A stretch of 64,000 nt of DNA from Cyanophora paradoxa CCMP329 (Eukaryota > Plantae > Glaucophyta). Position 1 is the stretch's first letter; the number at the start of each line of letters is the position of its first letter. The translations under genes and the position numbers were made by a program. The stretch covers positions 186,001 through 250,000 of the forward strand of contig QPMI01000444.1 in assembly GCA_004431415.1 (NCBI GenBank), written 5' to 3'. The notes beneath the pieces were generated by a model. The model did no database searches. It saw only the letters and a program-made list of their open reading frames with translations, and was not told the DNA's origin. Below, piece after piece: positions 12,232 to 25,804 of this stretch.

Positions 12232-13814
12232 ATGCCGGGGACGCGGGCGGCGAGCCATGCGGGCTCCTGGTATACGGCAGATGGGCAGACGCTACGGCGA
12301 GAGCTCGAGGGCTGGCTGCAGGAGCGCTCCGGTCAGAAGAACAGCGCTGGGGTCCGGGGGGTCATCGCTCCGTGAGTCCCGTGGGCTTCTGCTCACTCCA
12401 GTGTTCCGCCAGCAACCCCCTGCGCAGGCACGCCGGCTTCCGCTACTCTGGTCCCGTCGCCGCCAGCGCATACGTCCACCTGGATCTCACCGGAGCGTGC
12501 GTGCCTCCTCTGCCTCTTTTTCTGCGCCCGTCGTCCCCCGCTGGCGCCCGCCGACGCTCGCAGCAGGAAGCGCGTCTTTATCCTCGGTGCGCCGTCGAGC
12601 CGCCGCCCGCCGGCCGCGGCATTGCCGCGTAGAGATCCGCCCTGCTGCTCTCGGCGACGAACAACGAGCCGCCGCGTGCTTGTCCTCTGACCTAATTGCG
12701 ACGTGCCTTCTCGTGCGCGCAGGCCCCTCCCACCACTACTACCTGCGCGGCTGCGCCCTCTCTCAGATGGACTATTACGAGACGCCCGTCGGGAACCTTA
12801 CGCTCGACAAGGCCGGTGCGGCCGCCCGCGCCGCGCGACGCCGCGCCGCCGCTGCGGCCTGCGCGCGCCCTCAGCGGCGGCGCGGCGGCAGTGATCGAGG
12901 AGCTGGCGGCGACGGGCCGCTTCGAGTGGATGGAGCAGGACCAGGACGAGGAGGAGCACAGCGTGCGCCCCGCCCCCGCGGCATCAGCAGAGTGCGGGCC
13001 GCGCCGCGCCGAGGCACGGGGGCGGGGCGGGGGGGGCAGATCGAGATGCACCTGCCGTACGTGGCGCTGGCGATCGGGCGGGCGGCGGCGGACATCAAGG
13101 TCGTCCCCATCCTCGTCGGCGCCCTCTCCACCGCCCTCGAGCGCGACTACGGTGCTTTGCCCCGCCCCGCCCGCCCCCTCCTCCCCGAGACAAGGCCCCG
13201 AGCGGGCCTCGGGCCTCGGGGGCGGGGGGCAGGGAAGCTGCTGGCGAAGTACCTGGACGACCCGGCGAATCGCTTCGTGGTCTCGTCGGACTTCTGCCAC
13301 TGGGGCTCGCGCTTCTCGTTCACGGCGCACGAGGCGGGGGCGGGCCCCATCCACGCCTCCATCGAGGCCCTCGACCGCGCCGGCATGGAACTCATCGCCC
13401 GCCGCGACACCGCCGGGCCCGCCCCGCCCCTCTCTGACGGCCCCGCCCGCCCTCTGAACTTTCTCTATCGCCGCAGCTTCGCGGAGTACCTGAAGAAGAC
13501 GCAGAACACGATCTGCGGGCGGCACCCCATCGCCGTCTTCCTCAACGTGCGTACCCCCGCTGTCCCCCTTCCTTGGCCCTGCGTACCCCCCTCCGACCCG
13601 ACCCGGCCGGGCCCGGGGCGGCGGCGCAGGCGATGGACGCGTGCCGGAGCAGCTACGCCGTCCGCTTCGTCGACTACGCGCAGAGCAGCAAGGTCCGGCC
13701 CCCCGGAGCCTGGCCATGGCCTGGCGAGCCGGCTCGCGACCGGCCGGGGCGCAGGTGACGGACAAGCGCGACTCGTCCGTCTCGTACGCGGCGGCCCTCG
13801 CCACCGCCGCCTGA
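12232..13814 (+). CDS. MEMO1: MEMO1 family protein
   Basis: MPGTRAASHAGSWY...GVIAP|HAGFRYSG...GPSHH...DEEEHS|IEMHLPY...VVSSDFCHWGSRF...NTICGRHPI...DSSVSYAA are all MEMO1 hallmark motifs. Confidence 0.95.
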
Positions 13815-14180
13815 CCAGGAGGGCCCGGCGCCCCCGCGCGCTCGAGGGGGCTCCGAGGGGCTCGCGGCCCGCGCGCCCTCGCGGGGCTGGCATGCCATGA
13901 TGCCCGCGTTCAGCCCTCTCGCAATCATCATGGCATCGGATCGCTCATAATCAGTGAACTCCCGGGCCCCTGTACAGCCGAGCAGTGCGCTGCTTGTCCC
14001 GTTTTCTTTCGAAAAATTCTCTTCATCATCCTGTATTATAATCTAGCTATAGTGCCCATAATATATATGTCACAGTGTCTGATCATGCCATGATGCGATG
14101 ATGAGCGCGCATCGAATTATAAATTTTAAGATCACGTGCACGATCGCGAGTCCATGGCCAGAAATTGCGGCCCAGACGGG

Positions 14181-14255
14181 TGCTGCAATAATCGCGATAT
14201 CGATGCGAATACGGCCCATACGCTTGCTGCAATAATCGTGATGCGAATACGGCCA
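14181..14255. repeat. Near-tandem direct repeat; copies differ by a 6-bp ATCGAT indel
   Basis: TGCTGCAATAATCGCGAT[ATCGAT]GCGAATACGGCC versus TGCTGCAATAATCGTGATGCGAATACGGCC. Confidence 0.85.
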
Positions 14256-14685
14256 AACACATCAATAACTACGTAACTAAAGCACTGCGCATGCACTGCC
14301 GCAAAAATGTGAGAGTACAATAAACTGATGGCGCACTTTGAGTCCATGCAAACCATCGGACGGACTTATCTCTAGATCTGCACATTGCAACCCGAAAGAA
14401 AGCTGAAAAACGGACGCGTGATTACGTTATCTTGAAAACTAGTACGTATACGAAACTAAAGGATAGCGGTGCCTGCTTGGGAAGACGACTTAAGCGCTAG
14501 CTTGCTAGTGCATGATGCTGGCGCCAATACCTGGGAAAACCAAAACACGTCCAATACCTCAAGAACGTCCATTACGCTACAGCTACAACAATAAGCTACC
14601 AAAAAGAATGAAATGCGCGTAATCTGACTAATGCGGGAAAAACCAAACCAAAAGCGACACGTTGGAGGGGGCGGCGAGAGAGGGC

Positions 14686-17600
14686 TCAGAGGAAGACGGC
14701 GGCGCTGCGCGGGGAGGCGGCGCCGGAGCCCGGGGGCTTGGGGGACGCGCGCCCCTCCCCCTCCGCTGAGGTGTCCGGCGAGGGCGGCACCGCCTGCGCG
14801 GCGGGAGAGAGGGGTCAGGCCGGGGCGAAGGCCGGGCGAGCGGGGCGGGGCGGGGCGGGGCGGGGTACCGGGAGGGCGACGAGGTAGGACTCGGGGGGGC
14901 CCCGCCCCGCCCCCTCCGCCTCCGACGAGGCCGGCGGGGCAGCGCCGGGGCTGGTCGCGGCCCCCGGGCCCCAGCGGGGCTCGAGGGGCACGCGGCCGCG
15001 CACGGCCTCGGCGACCTCGCGGGAGAGCTGCGCGCGCGCGGGCGCGCTCAGCGGGCGAAGGAGACGGGGGGCGGGGGCGAGGAGGGGGCGGGGCACGTGG
15101 ATGCGGCCGGGGAGGGAGGAGGCCTCGAGGGCAAAGGCGAGGTCCATCCCCTCCCCGAAGAGGTCCCACATCCACCGCCGCTTCCCCAGCACCTGCGCGA
15201 GGTGAGGCGGCGGCCGGGGGGCGGGGGGCGGGTGGGTAGCGCACGGCGCCGGCGGCGTGGCCCATGGCGACGCCGACGCGCACGGAGACGGCGCGGCCCG
15301 TCCGCCCCGCGTACCTGCGCCCCGCTGAGCAGGCCAGGGCGCGGGAGGGAGAGGCGGGGGGCGGGGGGCGGGGCGCACTCGTGGAAGGCGCGGACGGAGG
15401 CCGCGGCGAGGTCCACGAGTTGGACGACGGCGTCGGGCGTCGGGGGCCCCTCCAGCCCCACCACCGCCAGCCACGCCTGCGCGCCCGCACGCCGCGTCAG
15501 CGCCCCGCCGTGGGGTGGGGGCGGGGCGGGCGCGCGTCGCCGATGGTCTTGAGGTGCTGGACGCCGCGCTCGTAGGCGAGCTCGTCGAGCTCGGAGTAGA
15601 GCTCGTTGAGCATCGCGACGAGCTCGGCCGGGTCCAGCGAGGCCGAGAGCGGCGTGAAGCCGACGATGTCTGCGCGGGCGGGACGGGCGCACGCTCAGCC
15701 CGGAGGGGCGCGTCCTCTTCGGGGAAGGGGGGCACGGGGCACCGGCGCAGAGAACGGCGACGGACTCGTAGTACTCGGCGACGGGGGCGCGGTTGGCCCC
15801 CGGGGCGGCCTCCGGGCTGCTCTTGAGCTTCTCGGCGACGGGCGGGGGCAGGCAGAGGTCGAGCAGGTGCTCCGTCCCCGCGCACTCCTCGGCGAGCGTC
15901 GCCGTCTCCCGCTGGAGGTCCCGGTTCAGCACGAACTCCGTCCGCGACTCCAGCTCCCGGAACCACGAGGCCAGCCCGCACGTCGCCACAATCATCTGCG
16001 CGGGGCCCGTGAGTGGAGGAGGGGGAGGGTGGGAGGGCGCGGGGAGCGGGGGGCACCGCGATGTCCCAGAGGATGGGCCCCGCGGGGACGCGGGTGACGC
16101 CCCACGCGATGAGCGGCTGCGGGGCGGCGGCGCGTCAGCTCGGAAGAAGGCGAGTCCGGAAGCTCTCGAGGGGTACAGGCCGCACGATGGCGAGGAAGGC
16201 GGCGTCCCAGGGGAGGCAGTCGGTCCAGGGGAGGGCGGGGCCCGGGAGCGTGTGGAGGAAGAAGAGGTCCACGAGGACGTCGGCGCCCCCGAAGAAGGCC
16301 GCCGAGGCGGGGGCCAGCCCCACGCGGAGGTAGCAGGCGTGCGCCGCGAGGACGAGGGCGAGGCCGTTGACGGCGGCGCGCGCGCGACGCTCGAAGGAGG
16401 CGCCGAGGAAGAGGCTCCAGGCGAGGACGAGAGCGAGGGCGGTGCCCTGGAGGCCGTAGCGCCAGGCGAGGCGCGGGAGGAAGCCGGCGGGGTCGGCGCC
16501 CAGGGCGAGGTCGGCGAGGGGCCAGAGGAGCGTGTGGAGGAGCATGAGGGCCACGCAGGCGCGGAGGTGCGGGGCGCCGTAGGCGCGGGTGCGGCGCCAG
16601 TACTCGAGCTCGGCGGCCGGCTCGGCGAAGGTGCAGAGGAAGAGGGAGGAGAGGGCCTCGAGGCGCGGCACGCCGAGGCGGCGCAGCAGCTGGCGCCACA
16701 CCGAGGGCGCCCCCGGCGCCCGCCCCGCGAAGAACGTGCTCGCCACCGACGTCCCCACGCTGCTCCCCACGGAGAAGCGCCCCGTCTCCGTCCCCCCGCT
16801 CCCGCGCCGCGCGGCGGGGGCCGGCGAGGCGTTGAGGGGCGGCTCGGGGGTGGGGACGTTGAGGGGCGAGTTGCTGCGGCTCGCGAAGTAGGCGAGCGGG
16901 GACGGGGGCGCCTCCACCGAGGCCCTGGGCGAGGCGAGCGGCGTCCCGGGCCCGCCCCGGTTCAGGGGCGACCCGTGGCCCCCGCGCCCCGCCAGCGAGC
17001 CCGGCGCCGCGCGGGCCAGGGGCGAGCCCGGGGCGTGGCGGCCGGCCGACGGGGGCGGCAGGAGGGCCCCGAGGAGGCCCTGCGGCGTCTCGCCGGGGAG
17101 CGCCTCGGGCGCGACGGCCGCGGCGAGGGCGGTGAAGCCCGAGCCGCTCCGCACCGAGCCGTCGCGCTTGGGGCTCGAGGCGAGCAGCGCGGCGCTCAGG
17201 CGGGGCGGCAGGGCGCCCCCGCCCCGCAGCGACCCGCCCGGGCTCCCCGCCGTCGGGCTCCCCGGCTTGGGGCTCCCCGCCTTGGGGCTCCCAGCGAGCA
17301 CGGCCCCGCGAGGTCGGCGCCCCGGGTCGAGCCGCCGGCCTCCAGCGCGACCGAGCCGGCCCGCCCCGCGTGCGGGCTCACCGTGTCCGACCCCCGCCGG
17401 CTCGTCGCGGGGCCCCCGCCCGCGCTCGATCGGCGCCGGCTCGTCGCCAGGCCGCCGCCCGAGCCGCGGCGGGTCGTCGGGGGCGCGTGTGCGTGCGGGA
17501 CGGCGGCAACAGAGCCCCTGTGGCGGGCGGTGGGCGGCGCCGCGAGCGCGTGCACGTGCTCGCCGCGCAGCACCGCCGCCAGCTCCAGCGTCGCGTCGAT

Positions 17601-20600
17601 GGGCGCCGCCCCCGGCGCCCCGCGCAGCAGCGGCACGCCGGCGCGCCGCCGCTCGCGCTCGCGCTCGGGCGCGTCGCCGGGAGGCAGCGGCGCGACGGCG
17701 GCGGCGGGGGCGGCGCGGAAGGAGCCGAAGGAGCCGTTGCGGGGGAGGAACTTGCGCGACATGTTCATCAGCCGCGCCTGCAGGCTCAGCTTCGCCCTCC
17801 CGCCCCCCGCCCCGGGCGCCGCCGCCGCCGCCGCCGGGGCCCGCCGCCCGCCGCCGGGCCCTCCGCCGGCGGCGCCTCGGCCGGCGCCACCGCCGCGGGC
17901 GGGTGCGGGGGCGGCGGGCCGTCGCGCTTCTCGGGCGCCGCGGGGGCGAGGCGGCGGGGAGGGCGGGGGCGTCGGGTGCCCCGGGAGGGTGCCGGCGTAC
18001 AGGGGAAGGTCCCCAAGCCGCCGGAGAGGGGGCGCGGGGGCCGCCGCTTGCGGCGGGCGGCGAGGGGCAGCGCGCGCCGCAGCGAGCCGCCGTTGGCGCT
18101 GCCGCCGCCGCTGCCGCTGCCGGCGCCGTCCTCCTCGTCCTCTTCGGCCTCGTCCTCCGTGATGGCGTCGCCGCCGTGGGCGAGGTACTTGGCGACCTGC
18201 CCCGAGAGCCGCTGGAACATCGACTCGCTCCGCGGCAGCGCCCCGCTGCGCGGCTTGGGGCGGGCGGGGAGGGGCGGGTCCTCCGGGTCGCCCCCGGCGA
18301 GGGCGCGCAGGGGGAGCGGCGGGGCGAGGAGCGCGCCGCCGGCGCCGGCGCCGGCTGGCGGAAGGAGGCCGAGACGGACTTGAGGGCGGAGCGCAGCGGG
18401 CGCGCCTCCGAGCCCGCCCCGGCCCCGGCCCCGGCCCCGGCCCCGCCCTCTGCCCGCGGCGACTGCGGCAGCGGCGAGGTCGCCTGCACGGCGTCGGGGT
18501 CGACGGCTGCGGCCGCGGCGGTCGCCGCGACTCCGGCCGGGGCCTCGGCGGGGCGGGGGACAACGCGGCTGGGGTGGGGGCGTCCGCCTCCTCTCCGTCG
18601 CTGAAGCGCAGTGCGCTGCGACGCCGCTCGCCGCGCTCCGCCGCCGCCGCCGCCGCCGCCGTGGCGCCGTCCGAGGCCGGGCGGCGGGCTGCGCGGGCCG
18701 TCCGCTGCCCCGCCGGCGCCTCCTCGGAGAGCGGCGCGGGGGCCGGGGTGTGGGGCAGGACGAGGGAGGCCGGGCGGTGGCGCCCGCCGGGCTGCTGCTG
18801 CTGCTGGGGGTCGGGCTCGGGGGGGCGGGCGAGGCGCAGGACGTGCGTCTGCATGAGGCCCTTGCCCTTGACCTTGAGCGGGGCCGGCTCGGAGAGCTCC
18901 CAGGGGACCTCCCCGCCCGCCTCCCGCCCCGAGGCCTTGAGGATGCTGCCCAGGTCGCCCGAGACGAGGGCGGCGCCCTGCGGGCAGTTCGCGCACATCC
19001 GCTGCGACGTGTTCACCGCGTCCCCGAAGACGTCTGCGCCCCGCCGGCGTCACGGAACGAGGCGGAGGAGGGGCGCCCGCGGGGGGTGGGGGCCGCGGGC
19101 ACCGTAGAAGACGCGGCAGCCGATGATGCCGGCGACGACGGGCCCGACGTGGGCGCCCACCTTGAGGGGGAACCCGAAGCGCGCGGCCGCCGCCAGCGCG
19201 TCCGCCGCAAAGCCGGCCGCCGCCTCCGCGCACTCGGCGGCCGGGCGCTCCTCGGGGAGGCCGCAGGCGGCCATGAAGGCGAAGCCGATGGTCTTGATTT
19301 TGAGGAGGCCGTGCCGCTCCGCCAGATCCTCCATCGCCGCCAGGTACGCGTTGATCCGCGGCATGATGCTGCCCCGCCCCCGCCGTCAGCAAAGTTGGGG
19401 GGCGGGGCGGGGCGGGGCGTGGGGACCTGCGCGTGTTCTGGGCTCGGACAGTCGGCGGCTCCGCGAGGTTCACGAACACGATGGCCGCTGCCGGGCGCGC
19501 CGGCGTGAGGGGGGAGGACGGGGGGCGGGAGGCGGCGGGAGCGGGGGCGGGCACCGGACTCGAAGCGCCGGTTGATGGTGTGCTCCCGCTCCTCCCGCCA
19601 GGCCTCGATGACGCTCTCGGGGAGCACGTTCCGCAGGATCTCGTCCGACCGCTCCTTCTCCTGGCTCGCCGCCGCCTGCGCCGCGCAGCCGGCCCGTCCG
19701 TCAGCGGGCCGCCCCGCGGGCCCGGGAGCCTTGGCGCCCTCGGGGGGCGGGCGGGCGGGCGGGCCTGGGTCTCGCGGGTGAGGCGGGCGAGGAGGAAGTT
19801 GCGGCGCGAGGTGGCCTCCAGCGCCCGCCCCACCACCGCCATCAGGATCGCCGCTGCGGCGGGCCGGGGTCGCCGAGGCGGGGCCGGGGGCGTGGGGCGG
19901 GCGGGGGGCGGGGGCGCACTCTCGAGGAGGGGAAAGGCAAAGGCGACGGGGGCGGCGGCGCTGTGGAGGTGCCCCACGCTCGCCCCGTACGTCACCGCGA
20001 GCGTCGCCAGCCCGCCGGCCGCGCCCCAGCGCCACAGCACCCGCGAGATCACCACCAGCGCCACCAGCGCCGTCGGCGCCACCGTCGCCACGTCGTACCG
20101 CTGCGTCTGCAGCCGCCGCGTCGGCGCGGCGCGCGCAGCGGGCGGGCGGGCGGGCGGGCGGCGCGCACGAAGGTGCGGGCGATGCTCGCAGCGATGGCGA
20201 GGATGAGGCAGAGCTGCAGCGCCGGCGGCGTGAGGCGCGGCCCGGGGCGGCGGGGCGGGGCGGGCAGGGCGCACGAGGGTGGCGAGCGGGGTGTGGGCGA
20301 GGCGGGCGCTGCGGCGGGCCCAGGCGCTGCCGAGGAACCCGAGGGCCACGACGCAGGCGCCGGCGCCCCCGAGGAAGGCCACGAAGGCCAGCTGCCGCCC
20401 GCCTCGGCCCGGCGCCAGGCGGGGCGGGGCGGGGAGGGGCGCGAGGGGAGAGACGCACGCGGGAGCGCTGGTCGGCGTCGCGCTGCTCGAGGCCGACGGC
20501 GAGGGCCTGGTAGAAGCAGATGAGGAGGAAGAGGGCGCCGCAGACGCGCGCCCGCGCCAGGCCCTGCGCGCGCGCGCGCCCCGCCCGCTCGTTGCCTCGT

Positions 20601-21345
20601 TCGCGCTCGCGGCGGCGGCGGCCGCCGCGACGGCGACTGGGCGGAGGGTGCGGACCTGGCGGGCGTACTCGCGGCGGAAGGCCACCTCGAGGTCGGCGTC
20701 CGCGAAGCAGAGGGAGAAGGCGCCGGTGCGGCCCTTCTCCAGCAGCGCCGCGCACTCCGCGCCGCGCTCCCGCGAGACGATGCTGTCGATGAAGCCGTAC
20801 ACGATCGCGTCGTCCCCGAGCCCGCGGCTGCTCGGCCGCGCCGTCCCCAGCGACCGCGAGGTCGGCGCCACGGAGCCCGACCGCTGCCTCACGCCCACCG
20901 GCGCCCTCTCCGCTGTGGCCGTGGAATGATCCGAGGGGATGCCCGCAACGCTGACGGATCGCCTCATGCCCGGCCCCCGGCCCCCGTGGCCGGATGCACC
21001 GGCGTCCACTTCGCTGTCGGCCTCCGCCCCCGCCGCCTGATCCGGGACATGCGCGACACTCCGAACACGCCGCCCCACAGACAAGCCGAGGCTGGAGAAA
21101 CCGTCTGCAAGCCTTGCTGGCTGGGGGCTGAAGCCGAGGAGCTCGGGGAGCAGCAGCGAGCTGCGGGGCCGCGCAGACAGCTCAACGCTGCCGCGGGCGC
21201 CAGTGCGGGTGTCGCTCTCTGTGCCCTGTAGAGCCGCCGCAACTACGTGCGGGGTTCGGGGGGCCGGGCGGTCTTCCAGCAGCTGGTGTTTTTGGGCGGG
21301 CCCGCCGCCCGGTGGCGGCTGTGCGCCACCGGACGCGGCCTCCAT
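14686..21345 (-). CDS. Membrane adenylyl cyclase with two TM clusters and two class III cyclase domains
   Basis: TM cluster, then EKERSDEILRNVLP...LKIKTIGFAFMAACGLP...VGAHVGPVVAGIIGCRVFY|DVFGDAVNTSQRM. A long linker and second TM cluster follow, then EHLLDLCLPPPVAEKL...VLCA|DIVGFT...LKTIGD|AWL...WDLFGEGMDLAFALE. Confidence 0.88.
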
Positions 21346-22008
21346 CACAATGCTATGTTGCTAGGCTGCTGACAAAGCCATCCTGCGCTCTGCCTTACAC
21401 ATCGGGGACTCAAACGGTGCGCTGCGCCGAAGTCGGACTCCGGCGCTCTCTCAACGATGTTACTTCTACCACATTCGCTCTCGCTGGGCAAGCCTTCGGC
21501 ACAAAACCGATTATGAGCCCATCCGGCCTTCGCTGTCAGTCTACTGTACGGAATGGTGAAAGCAGCTCGCTGGTCCTTGCAACGGTGGTTCTGAAGCGCT
21601 GCTGCAATGGAGCGCTTGCTTGCTCCGCTTGGTTGCTCCGACCCTTCAATTACATGTACCCCCCCTGAGCGTCCCGTCTTTTTGGGCGCTCCGCTGGCGC
21701 ACCCACGACTCGGCGTCCTTCAAACGCTGCTCGTTTAAGCTTTTCCTGTCGCCTGCAGCTGCTACTGGCGCACGGCCCCAAATCTTGAGGTCTTGCAGAG
21801 TTCCTCTACCCTGCCTGAAACGAGTGGCTCTCGCGAGTGGCTTACACAGCCGCAGACTAGCTGGTCGGTACGGTGGCAGATCCACGATGTTCTCTCACCA
21901 TCAGCAGCTGCAGAGCATCGCAACGCAAATGACGATCTAACTACAGCGGTGACGAAGCAGCTGCCAGCGAGGCCTGCGACTCGGGATCCCGGAGCTAGAT
22001 CCGGCGAT

Positions 22009-23235
22009 ATGGAGACCGGCGGTGGCTCGTCAGGAGAGTCATGGAGTGGTTCATCGACGCCAGAATATACGTCCAGGCCGTCCGTCTTGAATCTCGCAAC
22101 GCGTACGCAACGCGTAGGCCGGGGCCTCTCTCGTGCCTTGTTTCCGACCTTTCTGCGCAGCGCCGTCTTCGTTCAGCGCCCTCGACAAAAGAAGAGAGGG
22201 AGCCGTCGTCCAGGCGTCCAGGAGCCCGCGTACGCGTGCGTGCCCCCAACCTCCGAGCCGGCCTCCGAGTGCTCCGCCGACCCCAACGGACAGGGCGCGA
22301 CGAGGCGGCCGTCCTCGGGGCGCGATCCCTCCTCCGGCAGCGCAGGACGTCCTCGTCGGAGGGCTCGGAGGCGGGGTCGCCCTCGGCGGCGAGCGGGGCG
22401 GCGAGCCCGGGCTTCCACGCGCTGGCCCCGGAAAGCCCCGGCGGCCGCCCCGGCGGCTTCGAGGCGCTTGGCCGCGTGCAGGCGGCCCTCGACAGCCACT
22501 CGCTGAGGCGGAAGCTCCTCGTCGGGCGCCTCCGCAGCCTCAGCGACGCCGGCGACGCCTACCCCGAGCCCCCCGCGCTCCCCATCCCGATCCCGGCGGC
22601 GCGGGCGCGGCCCGGGGCGGCCGACGCGCTGGAGCCGCCCGAGCCGCCGAGCCCGAGCGGCTCGTCGTCGGCCCCGCCCTCGCCCAAGGTCGAGGGGGCC
22701 CCGGGGCCTCGCCTCGCTCTGCGGGCGCCCCGCCTCCGCCTCCCGCGGCGGCGTCCGCCCGGGGGCCCTCCACGGCGCCTCCGCCTCGCTCCCGGCTTCG
22801 CCCACGAGTGGCCCCGGCCTCCTCTCCATGTTCTCGCCCCCCGCCACGGCCCGCACCAGCAGCGTCCCCCCGCCCCCTCCCTCCTCCCCTCGCCCCCGAC
22901 GTCGCCCTCCCGCCCCCGTTCGCCCGCACCGGCCGGCCGCGCCCCGCTCCCTCTCCTCGCTCTCCTCCGCGCCGTCCCCGCCGGAGCACCCGCCGCGGAC
23001 GTGCTCGACGGAGCGCGCGGGGCGGAGCAAGGCCGGCGCGGCCGCCGCGGCGGACGTCGGGCGGCCGCTGCTCCGGCTCGCCGGGGGCGGGGCCGGCGGG
23101 GCGGGGGCGGGCGGGGGCGGGAAGCCCGGGGAGGTGCTGGCGCCCACGAAGGAGTGGGAGACGGAGCTCTCCCGCCGCCTCAGCGCCGCCTCCCTTGCGG
23201 CCGCCCCGGAGCCCCGCCCCCCGCTCCGCTCCTGA
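22009..23235 (+). CDS. Hypothetical Ser/Pro-rich protein
   Basis: METGGGSSGESWSGSSTPEYTSR start and coding-like GC-rich segments ending ...ELSRRLSAASLAAAPEPRPPLRS*. No domain recognised. Confidence 0.5.
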
Positions 23236-24039
23236 CCCCGCGCCCCGCCGCCCCTCCCTCCGCGCCCCGCCCCCTCCCTCCGCGGCCCCTCATGTGATAT
23301 ATCTCGTTTTCGCGCCTCTGCTTTCAATTTTCACAAGCTTAAGAAGCGCAGTTGTATAGCATTTTTCTTTCAAAACTCAGCTCGCGCGGTGGTGTTATTC
23401 TTCCATTCATTTTTATGAGCTTACGACCCGTGGCAGCACACAAGTACTAGCGCTAGCATCCGCATTGGACGGTCATTCAGTTTCTAGATCTTGACTCGGT
23501 GATGTATTTGCAGCTTGCATGCAGTGTGTGGTTTTCCTATATTTACGGTCGGTGGCGTATCTCTAGTACTAGTCAGGGGTCGCCCCATCATTGCCGCCTC
23601 CGTCGCCTCTGTAAACCCACGCGCGTGTCTGTGTAAAGCGACTCGTCCGTTTGTGATTTGGAGTATACGTAGTCTATCATAGTATTTCGTTCGTGACGTA
23701 CCATGTGCCAACAATAGTGTGTTTGAGCAAGTGGCGTGACGGTGACTTAGTGGTTGCTATTGTTCTTTTCCGGCTTTGCGCTCAGCGGCTCCGGCCACAG
23801 CCAAGCCGACGTGGTTCCGGAGGCCCTGGTGTATGTAGTGTACCAGTATGCTGTACGCTTTTCTCTTTTGGCTTCAGTTATTTGTCGACGTCATACATGA
23901 GTCATGAAATCGATAATACACTGTGGTCACGATAGCTGGGCGATTAACATCCCCTCGCGGCTAAGTTGGCCCGGCGGGCGGAGGCCCAGCGTGTCCGTAC
24001 GCGTGAACTACTAACTGTAAACACAACACTGGGGCCGGG

Positions 24040-25631
24040 CTAGGTGGGGCAGGGGTTGGCGAGGCGGTGCTCGAAGGCGACGACGACGGCGCGGAAGTGG
24101 ACGAGCGCCGCCGCCACCACCGCCACGTGGAAGATGCAGTGCGAGTGCAGCCAGACCTGCGCGCACCGCCCCGGCCCCCGGGGTCAAGGCGGCGCGGCGC
24201 CCCCCAGCGCGCGGGGCGGGGCGGGGCGCGCGCGCCATGACGATGGACTTGTCAGGGAAGAATCGCTCGGGGATCCGCGAGGCGTACAGCAGGGCGCCCC
24301 CCTGCGCCCCCCCGGGCCGGCGTCAGGCGGGGCCCGCGGGCCGGCCGGCGGGGCGGGGCGGGGGGCCCTCGCACCGTGTAGAAGGAGGCCATAGCGAGGA
24401 GGTAGGGGAGGCCGATCGAGTCGCCCCCGTGGAGGAGCACCTTGTGGAGCACGGGCACCGCCCCCGAGAAGCCGAAGGCGAGGAACATGCCGGTGCGGAA
24501 GACGCGGTACTCCCCCCGGTCGAACCCCGGGAGCACGTTGAAGGCGCAGCAGGCCGCCCCCAGGGAGAGGGCCACGGTGCAGTAGACGTTCCGCAGCCAC
24601 GCCTCGCACGCGAATCCGTACTGCGCCCCCGGCGCCGGCGCGGGATCAGAGGGCCGGATCGGAGGGATCAGATTTGATCCGGCGGGGGCGCGTGCGCACG
24701 TAGAGGAGGGGGACCATGGAGCCGGCGACCATGATCGCGATGCCGCTGCGCCGGCCCCGTCAGCGAGCTCGAGTCGCGCAGGCTTCCGCGTCCGGGGCGC
24801 ACGAGTAGTCGAGGCGGGCGAGGAGCTTGTGCGTGGTGTCCGAGTGGGCGCGGAAGAGATGGAAAATTGTGGAGGCGGTGAAGCACGCGATCGCCGAGAA
24901 GATGTAGATCAGGAAGACCACCTTGTGCTCCCGGTCGTGCTCCCTGCGCCCCCGCTCAGCTCGGCGTGCTCCCGCAGCCCCGCCCGCGCACGGCCTGGCT
25001 CGCGCTCGCCCGCCGGGCCGCGCCGCGGCGGACGAACCACATCCAGTCCATCGTGTGCAGCGTGATGAAGAAGAAGAGGATCGTTCCTATAAGGTCTGCG
25101 CGAGCGAGGGTTCACCGACTCAGCCAGGCGGCGTCCTCCGGTTCACATGCGGCGTGCTTACGCGTCCAGCAGTTCGCCGTCTCGTTGTGCACCTGCCGCG
25201 AAACGCATTATTTTCCCGCGTACGCCTGCTTCAAAGCGCTCGCGTCCGCCCGGCCGCGCGATGGAAGCCGAACCAGACGATCGGCTTCAGCAGGTAGCCG
25301 CGCACCTGGAACAGGCTGAGGAAGCAACCCTTTAAACACAGCTGTGGGCGGTAGAAATCCGTAATGTACTGATTGTTCTGCGCCGCGGCCATCAGGGCAT
25401 CGAGAACTGGTGCGAGAACGAAGCGCCCGCGGCCTAACCGCGCGCTGCTGGGGTGTCACGGCGCGCGTCTAGTTTAGCACGCACCCGCATCCATTGCGGA
25501 GACTCGCTGATGTGGTGCAGGCCGGCCTTTCTGGCGGGCCGTCTTTGGCGGACGCCGTCGACGGAGACCGACGGCGCCGACACTTCATCTACGAGCGGTG
25601 CGCACTCGCTCTCGCGACTCGGCGACGCCAT
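24040..25631 (-). CDS. PAQR/adiponectin-receptor (hemolysin III family) membrane protein
   Basis: Motifs VHNETANCWT, IGTILFFFI, FHLFRAHS, RLDY..GIAIMVAGS, RIPERFFP and HSHCIFHVAVVAAALVHF. Confidence 0.9.
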
Positions 25632-25804
25632 CCGGCGACCCGGGCGGAGCTGACGGGGGATACAGCGTTCGAGCCAAGCAGCCTGCCAAGTGCTGCCACG
25701 GAGGCGTAAGCGTCCACGCAAAAATCTTAGCTACGCCGCGTGACCGGTGTATAGCCGGCCCCAATAGCTTGCGCACTCGAGTAGCTTTGCCGCCGGCTCG
25801 CCGC

